Source of the DNA: the human T2T-CHM13v2.0 reference genome, Homo sapiens
Reading direction: 5' to 3' (one strand)
Assembly: GCF_009914755.1 (NCBI RefSeq)
Contig: NC_060943.1
DNA: 64,000 bases
The notes under the pieces were generated by a model. It was not told the DNA's origin. It saw only the letters and a list, made by a program, of their open reading frames with translations, and searched no databases. Of the stretch, positions 1 through 62,249 are shown piece by piece (the stretch's first letter is position 1; each line of letters begins with the position of its first letter). Position numbers and translations under genes: made by a program.

Positions 1-415
<415 letters not shown>

Positions 416-801
416 AGGCGTGAGTCTCCATCTTAGAGCATCACTCTTCCTCACACCACAAATCTGGTGCCTGTCTCTTGCTTACCAATGTCTAAGGTCC
501 CCACTGCCTGCTGCAGAGAAAACACACTCCTTTGCTTAGCCCACAATTCTCTATTTCACTTGACCCCTGCCCACCTCTCCAACCTAACTGGCTTACTTCC
601 TAGTCTACTTGAGGCTGCAATCACACTGAGGAACTCACAATTCCAAACATACAAGAGGCTCTCTCTTAACACGGCACTTAGACACGTGCTGTTCCACCTT
701 CCCTCGTGCTGTTCCACCTTTCCTCAGACTATTTTTCAGCCTTCTGGCATCAGCAAACCTTATAAAATTTTTTTGATTTCAGTGTAGTTCTCTCCTCTTC
801 A

Positions 802-807
802 AATAAA
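802..807 (+). terminator. KIR2DL4 polyadenylation signal AATAAA
   Basis: CTTCAAATAAACATGTCTG, conserved at the homologous position in all four KIR 3'UTRs. Confidence 0.8.
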
Positions 808-1166
808 CATGTCTGCCTTCATTCTTTAGGTGACTCTTTTTTTGGCTGAAAGTTTCCAGTGTTATCATTACCATGTCCAAATAACTCCAACTGTTCTCCA
901 CTGGGTTCTCACCCCTGGACTCTGAGCTTCTGGAAGCAGGGTGGAGCCTGATTTGTCTCTGAGACTCCAATTTCCATCCAAAGATGCAGCACATAAGAGG
1001 TTCCAAGGATCGTGAATCACATGAACAAGTGATATTCTTACTCTCTGCAGACCTGGAAAGCTGGCAGAGTCATTCCATGATGAAACATTTGTAGAGTCAT
1101 AGGCCTTGTCAGTCTCATCTCCACGGGGACACATATCAACACATCATCTTTCATACTATAAATATA

Positions 1167-1475
1167 CAGTCGGTCCTCTGTATCTGTGGGATTTACAGGT
1201 GTTTATTGAACCAAATATAAATCAAAAATATTCAGAGAAAAAATCCACAAAGTTTCAAAAAGCAAAACTATGTTGAATGGACACAAATGAAGCTGTGTGT
1301 AGGCTGTATCAGGAATTATAAATAATCAAGGGATGATTTCATGTACACAGGAGGATGTGCATGGGTTATTTGCAAATGCTGTGCCATTTCATGTAAGAGG
1401 CTTGAGCATCTGCAGATTGTGCTATCTGAGTGGAGATCCTGAAACCAATCACCCACGAATAGTGAGGGATGACTG
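1167..1475 (-). mobile_element. MER2-like TcMar-Tigger MITE in the KIR intergenic region (paralogs 17436-17744, 35246-35876 with an Alu inside, 53872-54190)
   Basis: Inverted termini CAGTCGGTCCTC...GAGGGATGACTG flanked by TA; resembles the MER2 consensus as recalled. Confidence 0.7.
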
Positions 1476-1646
1476 TATATAATTTTTATTTCTCAATTTT
1501 AAATATAAAACATAAAAAAATTACAATAACAAGATAAAATAAACAAGTGTTTTATAGTGTGAGAATACTTTTAGATATATTTTTCTCCATGTGTAACCCT
1601 TGGGCCCATGTTATTTATTGAGAAGACATTCTATTCCACCTTAAAC

Positions 1647-1652
1647 CACATG
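1647..1652 (+). promoter_or_regulatory. E-box CACATG of the KIR distal promoter, about 1.16 kb upstream of the KIR3DL1 ATG
   Basis: Position fits the described Myc-bound KIR distal promoter element. Paralogs read CACACG (17919) and TACATG (36051). Confidence 0.45.
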
Positions 1653-1834
1653 GCAGCCTTTGTCAACTATAAAGGGACTGTGTGTACACGGATGTATTTT
1701 AGACACTGTTTTCTGCTCAGTGGCTCTCTCTCTGTCCACTCTCTTGAGAATGCTGCATTTTATGCAGCCTTATACAACCCCTAAAATTTGGTAGCTGGAG
1801 TCCTCTAGTTATTTATTATAGGCTATTTGCTATG

Positions 1835-2101
1835 CTTTTTTTATTTTTCTTGAGGCAGAGTCTCGCTCTGTTGCCCAGGCTGGAGTGCAGTGGCACGATC
1901 TCGGCTCACTGCAACTTCCGCCTCCCAGGTTCAAGGGATTCCGTGGCTCAGCCTCTTGAATAGCTGGCATTACAAGTGCCTGCTACCAGGCATGGCTAAT
2001 TTTTGTATTTTTAGCAGAGACATGGTTTCACTATATTGGCCAGGCTGGTCTCAAACTCCTGACCTCGGTTGATCACTCACTTCGGCTTCCAAAGTGCTGG
2101 G
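1835..2101 (-). mobile_element. Alu, 5'-truncated, in the intergenic region (paralogs about 18102-18366 and partial 36240-36356)
   Basis: Poly-T then GAGGCAGAGTCTCGCTCTGTTGCCCAGGCTGGAG ... ending at AAAGTGCTGGG. Confidence 0.9.
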
Positions 2102-2599
2102 GAAATTGATTTTCTATAGCATTATGTTACTGGATATTTCTGTAAAATTTAAAATGAGGGAGGCAGAGAGACAGAGAGAGAGCAAACCATGAGTTGGAAC
2201 TCTGGAATCTTGGGACATGAGACAAATTCTAGATAAATCTACAAAAATCCAGAATTTACATGTTGTGATTTTTGCTGATAAAGTACAATTCTAAGATTGT
2301 AAATAATTGCATAATCCTTCCCTGGGAGTTTAAATCATTTGAACTGGTTCTGCTGTAATACTAGAAATACAATCATGAAAAATTCTAATGGTTTATTAGT
2401 CACAATTGCTCTGAAAACCTTAATAATACCTATTAGATATTTTGCATATTACACAGGAAGAAGAGTTTGAATCTCAGATAAAAGCAAAAAAAATACATGA
2501 AAAGTCTTTCATGTTAGCACAGATTTTAGGCATCTCGTGTTCGGGAGGTTGGATCTAAGACGTGTTTTGAGTTGGTCATAGTGAAGGACGCGAGGTGTC

Positions 2600-2805
2600 A
2601 ATTCTAGTGAGAGCAATTTCCAGGAAGCCATGTTCCGCTCTTGAGCGAGCACCCACTGGGCCTCATGCAAGGTAGAAAGAGCCTGCGTACGTCACCCTCC
2701 CATGATGTGGTCAACATGTAAACTGCATGGGCAGGGCGCCAAATAACATCCTGTGCGCTGCTGAGCTGAGCTGGGGCGCGGCCGCCTGTCTGCACCGGCA
2801 GCACC
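2600..2805 (+). promoter_or_regulatory. KIR3DL1 proximal (bidirectional) promoter
   Basis: STAT/Ets TTCCAGGAA 2618-2626, YY1-like GCCATGTT, CRE-like TACGTCA, RUNX TGTGGT 2706-2711, E2F-like GGCGCCAAA, Ets CATCCTG, GC box; CpG-rich, no TATA box. Confidence 0.85.
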
Positions 2806-16677
<13,872 letters not shown>

Positions 16678-17066
16678 TGAAGGCGTGAGTCTTCATCTTA
16701 GGGCATCGCTCCTCCTCACGCCACAAATCTGGTGCCTCTCTCTTGCTTACAAATGTCTAGGTCCCCACTGCCTGCTGGAAAGAAAACACACTCCTTTGCT
16801 TAGCCCACAGTTCTCCATTTCACTTGACCCCTGCCCACCTCTCCAACCTAACTGGCTTACTTCCTAGTCTACTTGAGGCTGCAATCACACTGAGGAACTC
16901 ACAATTCCAAACATACAAGAGGCTCCCTCTTGACGTGGCACTTACCCACGTGCTGTTCCACCTTCCCTCATGCTGTTTCACCTTTCTTCGGACTATTTTC
17001 CAGCCTTCTGTCAGCAGTGAAACTTATAAAATTTTTTGTGATTTCAATGTAGCTGTCTCCTCTTCA

Positions 17067-17072
17067 AATAAA
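17067..17072 (+). terminator. KIR3DL1 polyadenylation signal AATAAA
   Basis: Homologous CTTCAAATAAACATG. Confidence 0.8.
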
Positions 17073-18866
17073 CATGTCTGCCCTCATTGCTTCAGGTAAT
17101 GTGACACTGTATTCGCTGAAAGAAACCGCTGTTATCATTACCATGTCCACATAACCCCATCTGTTCTCCGCTGGGTTCTCACCCCTGGATTCTGAGCTTC
17201 TGGAAGCAGGGTGGAGCCTCATTTGTCTCTGGGACTCCAATTTCCATCCAAAGATGCAGCACATAGGAGGTTCCAAGGATCGTGAATCACATGAACAAGT
17301 GATATTCTTACTCTCTGCAACCTGGAAAGCTGGCAGAGTCATTCCACGATGAAACATTTGTAGAGTCATAAGCCTTGCTAGTCTCATCTCCACGGGGACA
17401 CATATCAACACATCATATTTCATACTATAAATATACAGTCGCTCCTCCATATCTGTGGGGTTTACAGGTGTTTATTGAACCAAGTGTAAATCAAAAATAT
17501 TCAGAGAAAATGTCCACAAAGTTTCAAAATGCAAAACTATGTTGAATGGACACAAATGAGGCAGTGTGTAGGCTGTATCAGGAATTATAAGTAATCAAGA
17601 GATGATTTCATGTATACAGGAGGATGTGCATGGGTTATATCCAAATGCTGTGTCATTTTATGTAAGAGGCTTGAGCATCTGCAGATTTTGGTACCTGAGT
17701 GGAGATCCTGAAACCAATCACCCACGAATAGTAAAGGATGACCGTATATGACTTTTATTTCTCAATTTTAAATATAAATCATAAAAAATGTACAATAACT
17801 AGATAAAAAGTAAGAAGTGTTTTTATAGTGTGAGAATAAGTTTAGATTTATTTTTTCCTACGTGTAACCCTTTGGTTTAATATTATTTATTAAGAAGACA
17901 TTCTATGCCACCTTAAACCACACGGCAGCCTTTGTCAACTCTAAAGGGACTGTGTGTACACGGATGTATTTTAGACACTGTTTCTGCTAAGGGGCTCTCT
18001 GTGTCCACACTCTTGAGGATGCTGCACTTCATGTAGCCTTATAAAACCCTTTAAATTTAGTAGCCAGAGCCCTCTAATTTGTTATTATAGGCTACTTGCT
18101 ATTTTTTTTTCTTGAGGCGGAGTCTTGCTCTGTCGCCCAGGCGGGACTGTAGTGGAGCAATCTCAGCTCACTGCAACTTCCGCCTCCCAGGTTCAGGCGA
18201 TTCTCGTGCCTCAGCCTCTTGAGTAGCTGGCGTTACAGGTGCCTGCCACCAGGCACGGCTAATTTTTGGATTTTTAGCAGAGACACGGTTTCACTATGTT
18301 GGCCAGGCTGCTCTCAATCTCCTCATCTCAGTTGATCCGCCCACCTCGGCTTCCCGACCTGCTGGGGGAAACTTGATTTTCTATAGCATTATGTTACTGG
18401 ATATTTCTGTAAAATTTAAAATGAGGGAGGCAGAGAGACAGAGAGAGAGCAAACTCCAAAGTTGGGACTCTGAAATCTTGAGTCATGAGACAAATTATAG
18501 ATAAAACTACAAAAATCCAGAATTTACATGTGTGGTTTTTGCTGATAAAGTACAATTCTAAGATTGTAAATAATTGCATAATCCTTCCCTGGGAATTTAA
18601 ATCATTTGAACTGGTTCTGCTGTAATACTAGAAATACAAGCATGAACAATTCTAATGGTTTATTAGTCACAATGACTCTGAAAACACTAATAATACCTAT
18701 TAGATATTTTGCATATTACACAGGAAGAAGAGTTCGAATCTCAGATAAAAACAATAAAAATTCATGAAAAGTCTTTCATGTTAGCACAGATTTTAGGCAT
18801 CTCATGTTTGGGAGGTTGGATCTAAGACATGTTTTGAGTTGGTCATAGTGAAGGACGCGAGGTGTC

Positions 18867-19072
18867 AATTCTAGTGAGAGCAATTTCCAGGAAGCCATGT
18901 TCCGCTCTTGAGCGAGCACCCACTGGGCCTCATGCAAGGTAGAAAAAGCCTGCGTACGTCACCCTCCCATGATGTGGTCAACATGTAAACTGCATGGGCA
19001 GGGCGCCAAATAACATCCTGTGTGCTGCTGAGCTGAGCTGGGGCGCGGCCGCCTGTCTGCACCGGCAGCACC
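18867..19072 (+). promoter_or_regulatory. KIR2DS4 proximal promoter
   Basis: Near-identical to 2600-2805 (TTCCAGGAA, TACGTCA, TGTGGT, GGCGCCAAA). Confidence 0.85.
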
Positions 19073-34502
<15,430 letters not shown>

Positions 34503-34876
34503 TGAAGGCATCAGTCTTCATCTTAGGGCATCGCTCTTCCTCACACCACGAATCTGAACATGCCTCTCTCTTGCTTACAAATGTCTAAGGTCCCCACTGC
34601 CTGCTGGAGAGAAAACACACTCCTTTGCTTAGCCCACAATTCTCCATTTCACTTGACCCCTGCCCACCTCTCCAACCTAACTGGCTTACTTCCTAGTCTA
34701 CCTGAGGCTGCAATCACACTGAGGAACTCACAATTCCAAACATACAAGAGGCTGCCTCTTAACACAGCACTTAGACACGTGCTGTTCCACCTCCCTTCAG
34801 ACTATCTTTCAGCCTTCTGCCAGCAGTAAAACTTATAAATTTTTTAAATAATTTCAATGTAGTTTTCCCGCCTTCA

Positions 34877-34882
34877 AATAAA
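34877..34882 (+). terminator. KIR2DS4 polyadenylation signal AATAAA
   Basis: Homologous CTTCAAATAAACATG. Confidence 0.8.
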
Positions 34883-35418
34883 CATGTCTGCCCTCATGGT
34901 TTCGGTAACGAGACTCTTTTCTTGCCTAAGGCTTCCGGTGTTATCATTACCATGTCCACATAACCCCATCTGTTCTCCATTGGGTTCTCAGCCCTGGACT
35001 CTGAGCTTCTGGAAGCAGAATGTAGCCTGATTTGTCTCTGAGACTCCAATTTCCATCCAAAGATACAGCACATAGGAGGCTCCAAGGATCGTGAATCACA
35101 TGAACAAGTGATATTCTTACTCTCTGCAGACCTGGAAAGCTGGCAGAGTCATTCCACGATGAAACATTTGTAGAGACATAGGCCTTGTTAGTCTCATCTC
35201 CACGGGGACACATATCAACATATCATCTTTCATAATATAAATATACAGTCGGTCCTCCATATCTGTGGGGTTTACAGGTGTTTATTGAACCAACAATAAA
35301 TCAAAAATATTTTCAGAAAAAAATCCCCGAAGTTTCAAGAAGCAAAAAACTATGTTGAATCGACACAAATTGAGTGGCGTGTAGGCTGTGTCAGGAATTA
35401 TAAGTAATCAAGAGATGA

Positions 35419-35775
<357 letters not shown>

Positions 35776-36599
35776 TTCGCTATGCCATTTCATGCAAGGG
35801 GCTTGAGCATCTGCAGATTTTGGTATCTGAATGGGGATCCTGGAACCAATCACCCAGGAATAGTGAAGGACCACAGTATATAATTTTTATTTGTCAATCT
35901 TAAAAATAAAGCATAAAAAGTTTACAACAACAAGATAAAAAATAAGAAGTGTTTTTATAGTGTGAGGATAAGTTTAGATTTATTTTTTCCTACGTGTAAC
36001 CCTATGGTCCTGTGTTATTTATTGAGAAAATATTCTATTCCACCTTAAACTACATGGCAGCCTTTGTCAACTATAAAGGGACTGTGTATCCACAGATGTA
36101 TTTTAGACACAGTTTTCTGCCCAGTGGTTCTCTGTATCCCCTCTCATGAGGATGCTGCATTTCATATAAACTTATAGAACCCCTTAAAATTTGGTAACCT
36201 GAGTTCTCTGATTTGTTATTATAGGTTATTTAGTTTGCTTTTTTTTTTCTTTCTTGAGACAGACTCTTCCTCTGTCACCCAAGCTGGAGTTCAGTGGCTT
36301 GAGCTCAGCTCACTGCAGCCTCCGCCTCCCAGGTTCAAGCAATTCTCGTGCCTCAGGTTTAGTACTAGAAACTCATCAGGAAAATTAGAATGGCTTTTTG
36401 TCACAATTACTCTGATAATGTTAATAATACCTCTTAGATATTTTGCACATTACACATGAAGAAAAGTTTGAATCTCAGATAAAAACAAAAATACATCAAA
36501 AGTCTTTAATGTAAGCACAGAATTCAATCACCTCATGTGTGAGAGGTTGGATCTGAGACGTCTTTTGAGTCTGGTCATAGTGAAGGATGCAAGGTGGCA

Positions 36600-36804
36600 A
36601 TTGTAGTCACAACAATTTCCAGGAAGCCATGTTCCGCTCTTGAGCGAGCACCCACTGGGCCTCATGCAAGGTAGAAAGAGCCTGCGTACGTCACCCTCCC
36701 ATGATGTGGTCAACATGTAAACTGCATGGGCAGGGCGCCAAATAACATCCTGTGCGCTGCTGAGCTGAGCTGGGGCGCGGCCTCCTGTCTGCACCGGCAG
36801 CACC
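36600..36804 (+). promoter_or_regulatory. KIR3DL2 proximal promoter
   Basis: Same motif array as the other KIR promoters. Confidence 0.85.
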
Positions 36805-53107
<16,303 letters not shown>

Positions 53108-53502
53108 TGAAGGCATCAGTCTGCATCTTAGGGGATCGCTCTTCCTCACACCACGAATCTGAACATGCCTCTCTCTTGCTTACAAATGCCTAAGGTCGCC
53201 ACTGCCTGCTGCAGAGAAAACACACTCCTTTGCTTAGCCCACAAGTATCTATTTCACTTGACCCCTGCCCACCTCTCCAACCTAACTGGCTTACTTCCTA
53301 GTCCTACTTGAGGCTGCAATCACACTGAGGAACTCACAATTCCAAACATACAAGAGGCTCCCTCTTAACACGGCACTTACACACTTGCTGTTCCACCTTC
53401 CCTCATGCTGTTCCACCTCCCCTCAGACTATCTTTCAGCCTTCTGTCATCAGTAAAATTTATAAATTTTTTTTATAACTTCAGTGTAGCTCTCTCCTCTT
53501 CA

Positions 53503-53508
53503 AATAAA
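53503..53508 (+). terminator. KIR3DL2 polyadenylation signal AATAAA
   Basis: Homologous CTTCAAATAAACATG. Confidence 0.8.
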
Positions 53509-55255
53509 CATGTCTGCCCTCATGGTTTCGATAATGTGACTCTTTATTCGCCAAAAGTTTCCAGTGTTATCATTACTATGTCCATATAACCTGATATGTT
53601 CTCTACTGGGTTCTCAGCCCTGGACTCTGAGCTTCTGGAAGCAGGGTGGAGCCTCATTTGTCTCTGGGACTCCAATTTCCATCCAAAGATGCAGCACATA
53701 GGAGGTTCCAAGGATCGTGAATCACATGAACAAGTGATATTCTTACTCTCTGCAGACCTGGAAAGCTGGCAGAGTCATTCCAAGATGAAACATTTGTAGA
53801 GTCATAGGCCTTGTTAGTCTCATCTCCACAGGGACACATGTCAACACATCATCTTTCATACTATAAATATACAGTCGCTCCTCCATATCTGTGGGGTTTA
53901 CAGGTGTTTATTGAACCAAATATAAATCAAAAATATTCAGAGAAAAAATCCACAAAGTTCCAAAAAGCAAAAATACTATATTGTGTGGACACAAGTGAGG
54001 TGGTGTGTAGGCTGTATCAGGAATTATAAGTAATCTAGAGATGATTTCATGTATACAGGAGGATGTGCATGGGTTATATGCAAACGCTGTGCCATTTCAT
54101 GCAACAGGCTTGAGCATCTGCAGATTTTGGTGTCTGGTAGGGAGGGGGGTTTCCTGGAACCAATCACCCATGAATAGTGAAGGACAACTGTATATAATTT
54201 TCATTCATCAATTTTATAAATAAATCATCAAAATGTATGATAATAAGATAAAAAATTAGCAGTGTTTTTATGGTGTGAAAATAAGCTTAGATTTATTTTT
54301 TCCTGCTTGTAACCCTCTGGTCCAATGTTATTTACTGAGAAGACATTCTATTCCACCTTAATCCGCATGGCAGCCTCTGTCAACTATAAAAGGACTGTGT
54401 GTACACAGATGTATTTTACACACTCTTTTCTGCTCAGTGGCTCTCTGTGTCCACTCTCATGAGGATGCTGCACTTTATGTGGCCTTATAGAACCCCTTAA
54501 AATTTGGCAGCCTGAATCCTCTAATTTCTCCTTCCTCTTTAAGATTGCCATTATTATTATTATTGGCTATTTGCTTTTCCATGTAAATTTGTAATCATTT
54601 TTCTCATTTCCACCAAAAACAATGCTTGTAATTTTGTTGTGACTCCCTTACATCTACAGGTAAGTTCTGTCCTATAGAAACATAATGCAAACCACATGCA
54701 TTCTTTCAAACTTGCTAGTATCCAAATTAAAAAGCTAACAAGAAACAGATAAAATTAATTTAAGTTAACCCAATGGACCCAAAATATTATTAACCCAACA
54801 GACCCAAAATATTAACCTAATAGATCCAAAATATTATTTTATTATACAAGTAGACTCAAAATATTATCATTTCAACATGTAATCATGTGTCATCTTGGAA
54901 AACATCAGATCCCTGTCTAGGTGGGCAAAGATTTTTCTTCGTAATATCTCATTTCCACATTTCCACTTGGCACAGAAACTGCCCCCAAGGCTCAGGATAC
55001 TAAGATGCAGTAGGAATGGGTAGATGTATCTGGAGGAAAGTGACTGAATGAAATTGAGACATCAGAGTCTGGGAAACTCACTAGAACTACAGGGACAGTG
55101 TGGGGGAGGGAATTGGGAGATGTTGATCAAAGGATACAAACTATCAGGTATTCAGGAGGAATGGGTCTGAAGATCTCTTGTACAGCTTTGCCACTATGGT
55201 TGACAATACTGTACTCTATACTTGAAATTTACCAGGAAAGTAGATTTTTTTTTTT

Positions 55256-55677
<422 letters not shown>

Positions 55678-55693
55678 GGGAGAGTAGATCTTA

Positions 55694-56602
<909 letters not shown>

Positions 56603-56750
56603 TTAAGGCCCTCACTGGACACTCTCCGGTACCTCTGAGGTCAGTGGATAGAGAAGCAGCTCCCCTTCTTCTTCCTCGAAACAAAGGCCTCCTTCCTTCT
56701 TAGGTGTTTGAGACAAATTCTCCACACAGGTGCAGCTGAGTGCTGTAAAG

Positions 56751-56920
56751 TCCCACTGAGAGTTGAAGGTCCCCACTGCCAGTCACAGTTCGGTCCCACT
56801 GAGGGTTGAAGGTCCCCACTGCCAGTCACAGTTTGGTCCCATTGAGGGTTGAGAGTCTCCACTGCCAGTCACAGTTTGGTCCCATTGAGGGTTGAGAGTC
56901 TCCACTGCCAGTCAGTTTGG
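56751..56920 (+). repeat. 43-bp tandem repeat, about 4 copies
   Basis: Units TCCCA(C/T)TGAG(A/G)GTTGA...CCACTGCCAGTCACAGTT(C/T)GG start at 56751, 56794, 56837 and 56880. Confidence 0.92.
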
Positions 56921-57199
56921 GCTTATTAGGGTTTATGCTGTGCACGGAGAATGGAACCTACCAATCAACTCTTAGTGACCAGTTAGACAGATTCAAGGCA
57001 AATTTCCCTGCTGGGAAATCCCAAATCCCAAAATATGCAGAGACCAATAGATGCCTCAATTCTTCCGTGTCTCCGTCTAAATCCTTGGGTCACTGTGACT
57101 CCTGTAGTTATGTGGCTTGTAATTCCTTGGGCCGTAGAATGGCTATGATAGGCCCTGTGCTAAGGGGACTGGTGACAGTTGAGACAGGAACATGGAAGC

Positions 57200-58110
<911 letters not shown>

Positions 58111-58298
58111 CGTTACCATTCCTGTTCCACAAAAGGAGGAAACAAAAGAACAAAACCACACCAAATGTTGTGGTAAGTTGACAAAATCTGTTCCAGCCCA
58201 TTAGTAAATATTGGCCACTGAAGTTCCTGAAATTCAACAATTAGTAAGTATCTCTCTCCCAATAGAAAGCCACGTCATTTGTAAACCATAACAATAGC

Positions 58299-59790
<1,492 letters not shown>

Positions 59791-60459
59791 ACTCAATGAG
59801 CAACAATGTACATTATTTGAGGATAATTATATTAAAAGCCCAGACTTCACCACTACACAAAATATCCACGTAATAAAATTTCACTTGCGCTCCTTAAATT
59901 TATACAAATAAACAAAAAAGTATAATAAAATAGTAGATTCTTTCTTTAGAGATGACAAATAGTGCCAGAGAAAATGCCTCCACACTCTGGCATTGAGATC
60001 ATCTCCAGGATAAGGGTATACTGCATGCCTGGTCAAGTCCAAGTAAATATACTCAGACCATGAATCTCAGAGATGAAACATAGGTTCAGAACAGACAAAG
60101 CCACAGAGCTTTTGACTAATGGCCCAGTGAAGGCAATGTCTGCCTGTATGGTATCCACCACCTTATATTCTGTCCCAAGCCCGTCTATTTGGATGTAGCA
60201 TCTGGTTCAAAGATGAATTTGAACACCATTAGACACTGGCTTAATGAAAATTCACTTCTCATTCGTTTCTCATCTGAAACATAAATAGAAATATAGGTCT
60301 TAGGCAGGAGGATTTCTTGATGCCAGAAGTTAGAGACTACCCTGGCCAACATAGAAAGACCCCATCTCTATTTAAAAAAATATACATATATATGTCTTCT
60401 CTTGGGCTCCACCCAAGAGCAACCTGGAACTAAGTTATTCGGCAACGAACTGTTCCACT

Positions 60460-60604
60460 TTGTTGTGAGGCAATAGATGTGGAAATTCCCTGACGAGGGG
60501 CTCTGTCCTCATACTTCCTGCGGAGCTTATTGTCGTAAGAATATCTGTCATCCTGCTAATGTGCATTGAAAGGAGAGCAACGGGGCTGAGGCCGTGTCAG
60601 CACG
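60460..60604 (+). promoter_or_regulatory. FCAR myeloid proximal promoter
   Basis: C/EBP-like TGAGGCAAT (60466-60474) and TTGTCGTAAG (60530-60539), kB site GGAAATTCCC (60481-60490), Ets ACTTCCTG (60513-60520); no TATA box. Confidence 0.6.
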
Positions 60605-61734
<1,130 letters not shown>

Positions 61735-62249
61735 CTAGGATAAAGAAATTGAGGAATAGCCTGAAGCACCATTCTTATTTTAGTCCCCATTCTAGTTGTT
61801 TCTGCTGTGCTTCTCTTGCATAATTTCTATCTCACTTTGTTATCTCCAAACCCTTCAGACTCATTAATGCTCAGGCCTGGATTTATAGTTAGTCCTTGCC
61901 TGTGTTAGACTGTCCATGAAGGATCTGTAATTTACTGAATGCTCAAACTGCAAGAATGAGGAAGTCAGGAGTCATCTGCCCAATATCCTTCCTTATGCTG
62001 ATTCTATTTTGTTTTAGCAACCCACTTCCTCCCGTCACTTCATTTAAAAGGATGCTGCCATAGTCTAACCCTACTGAACACTCTAGCATTCTGTAGTACT
62101 ACTGCAGTACTAAGCATGAGGCAGTCTTAGTGTACTACTGAATATTCTGCCACCCCAACTACTACTGCCTTAGCCTCCTAATGGGTGTGAGCCCCACGTC
62201 CATCCATGTCTTCTCTCTTCCAGCTCCTTCTAAAGCCTGAATTATTTGT

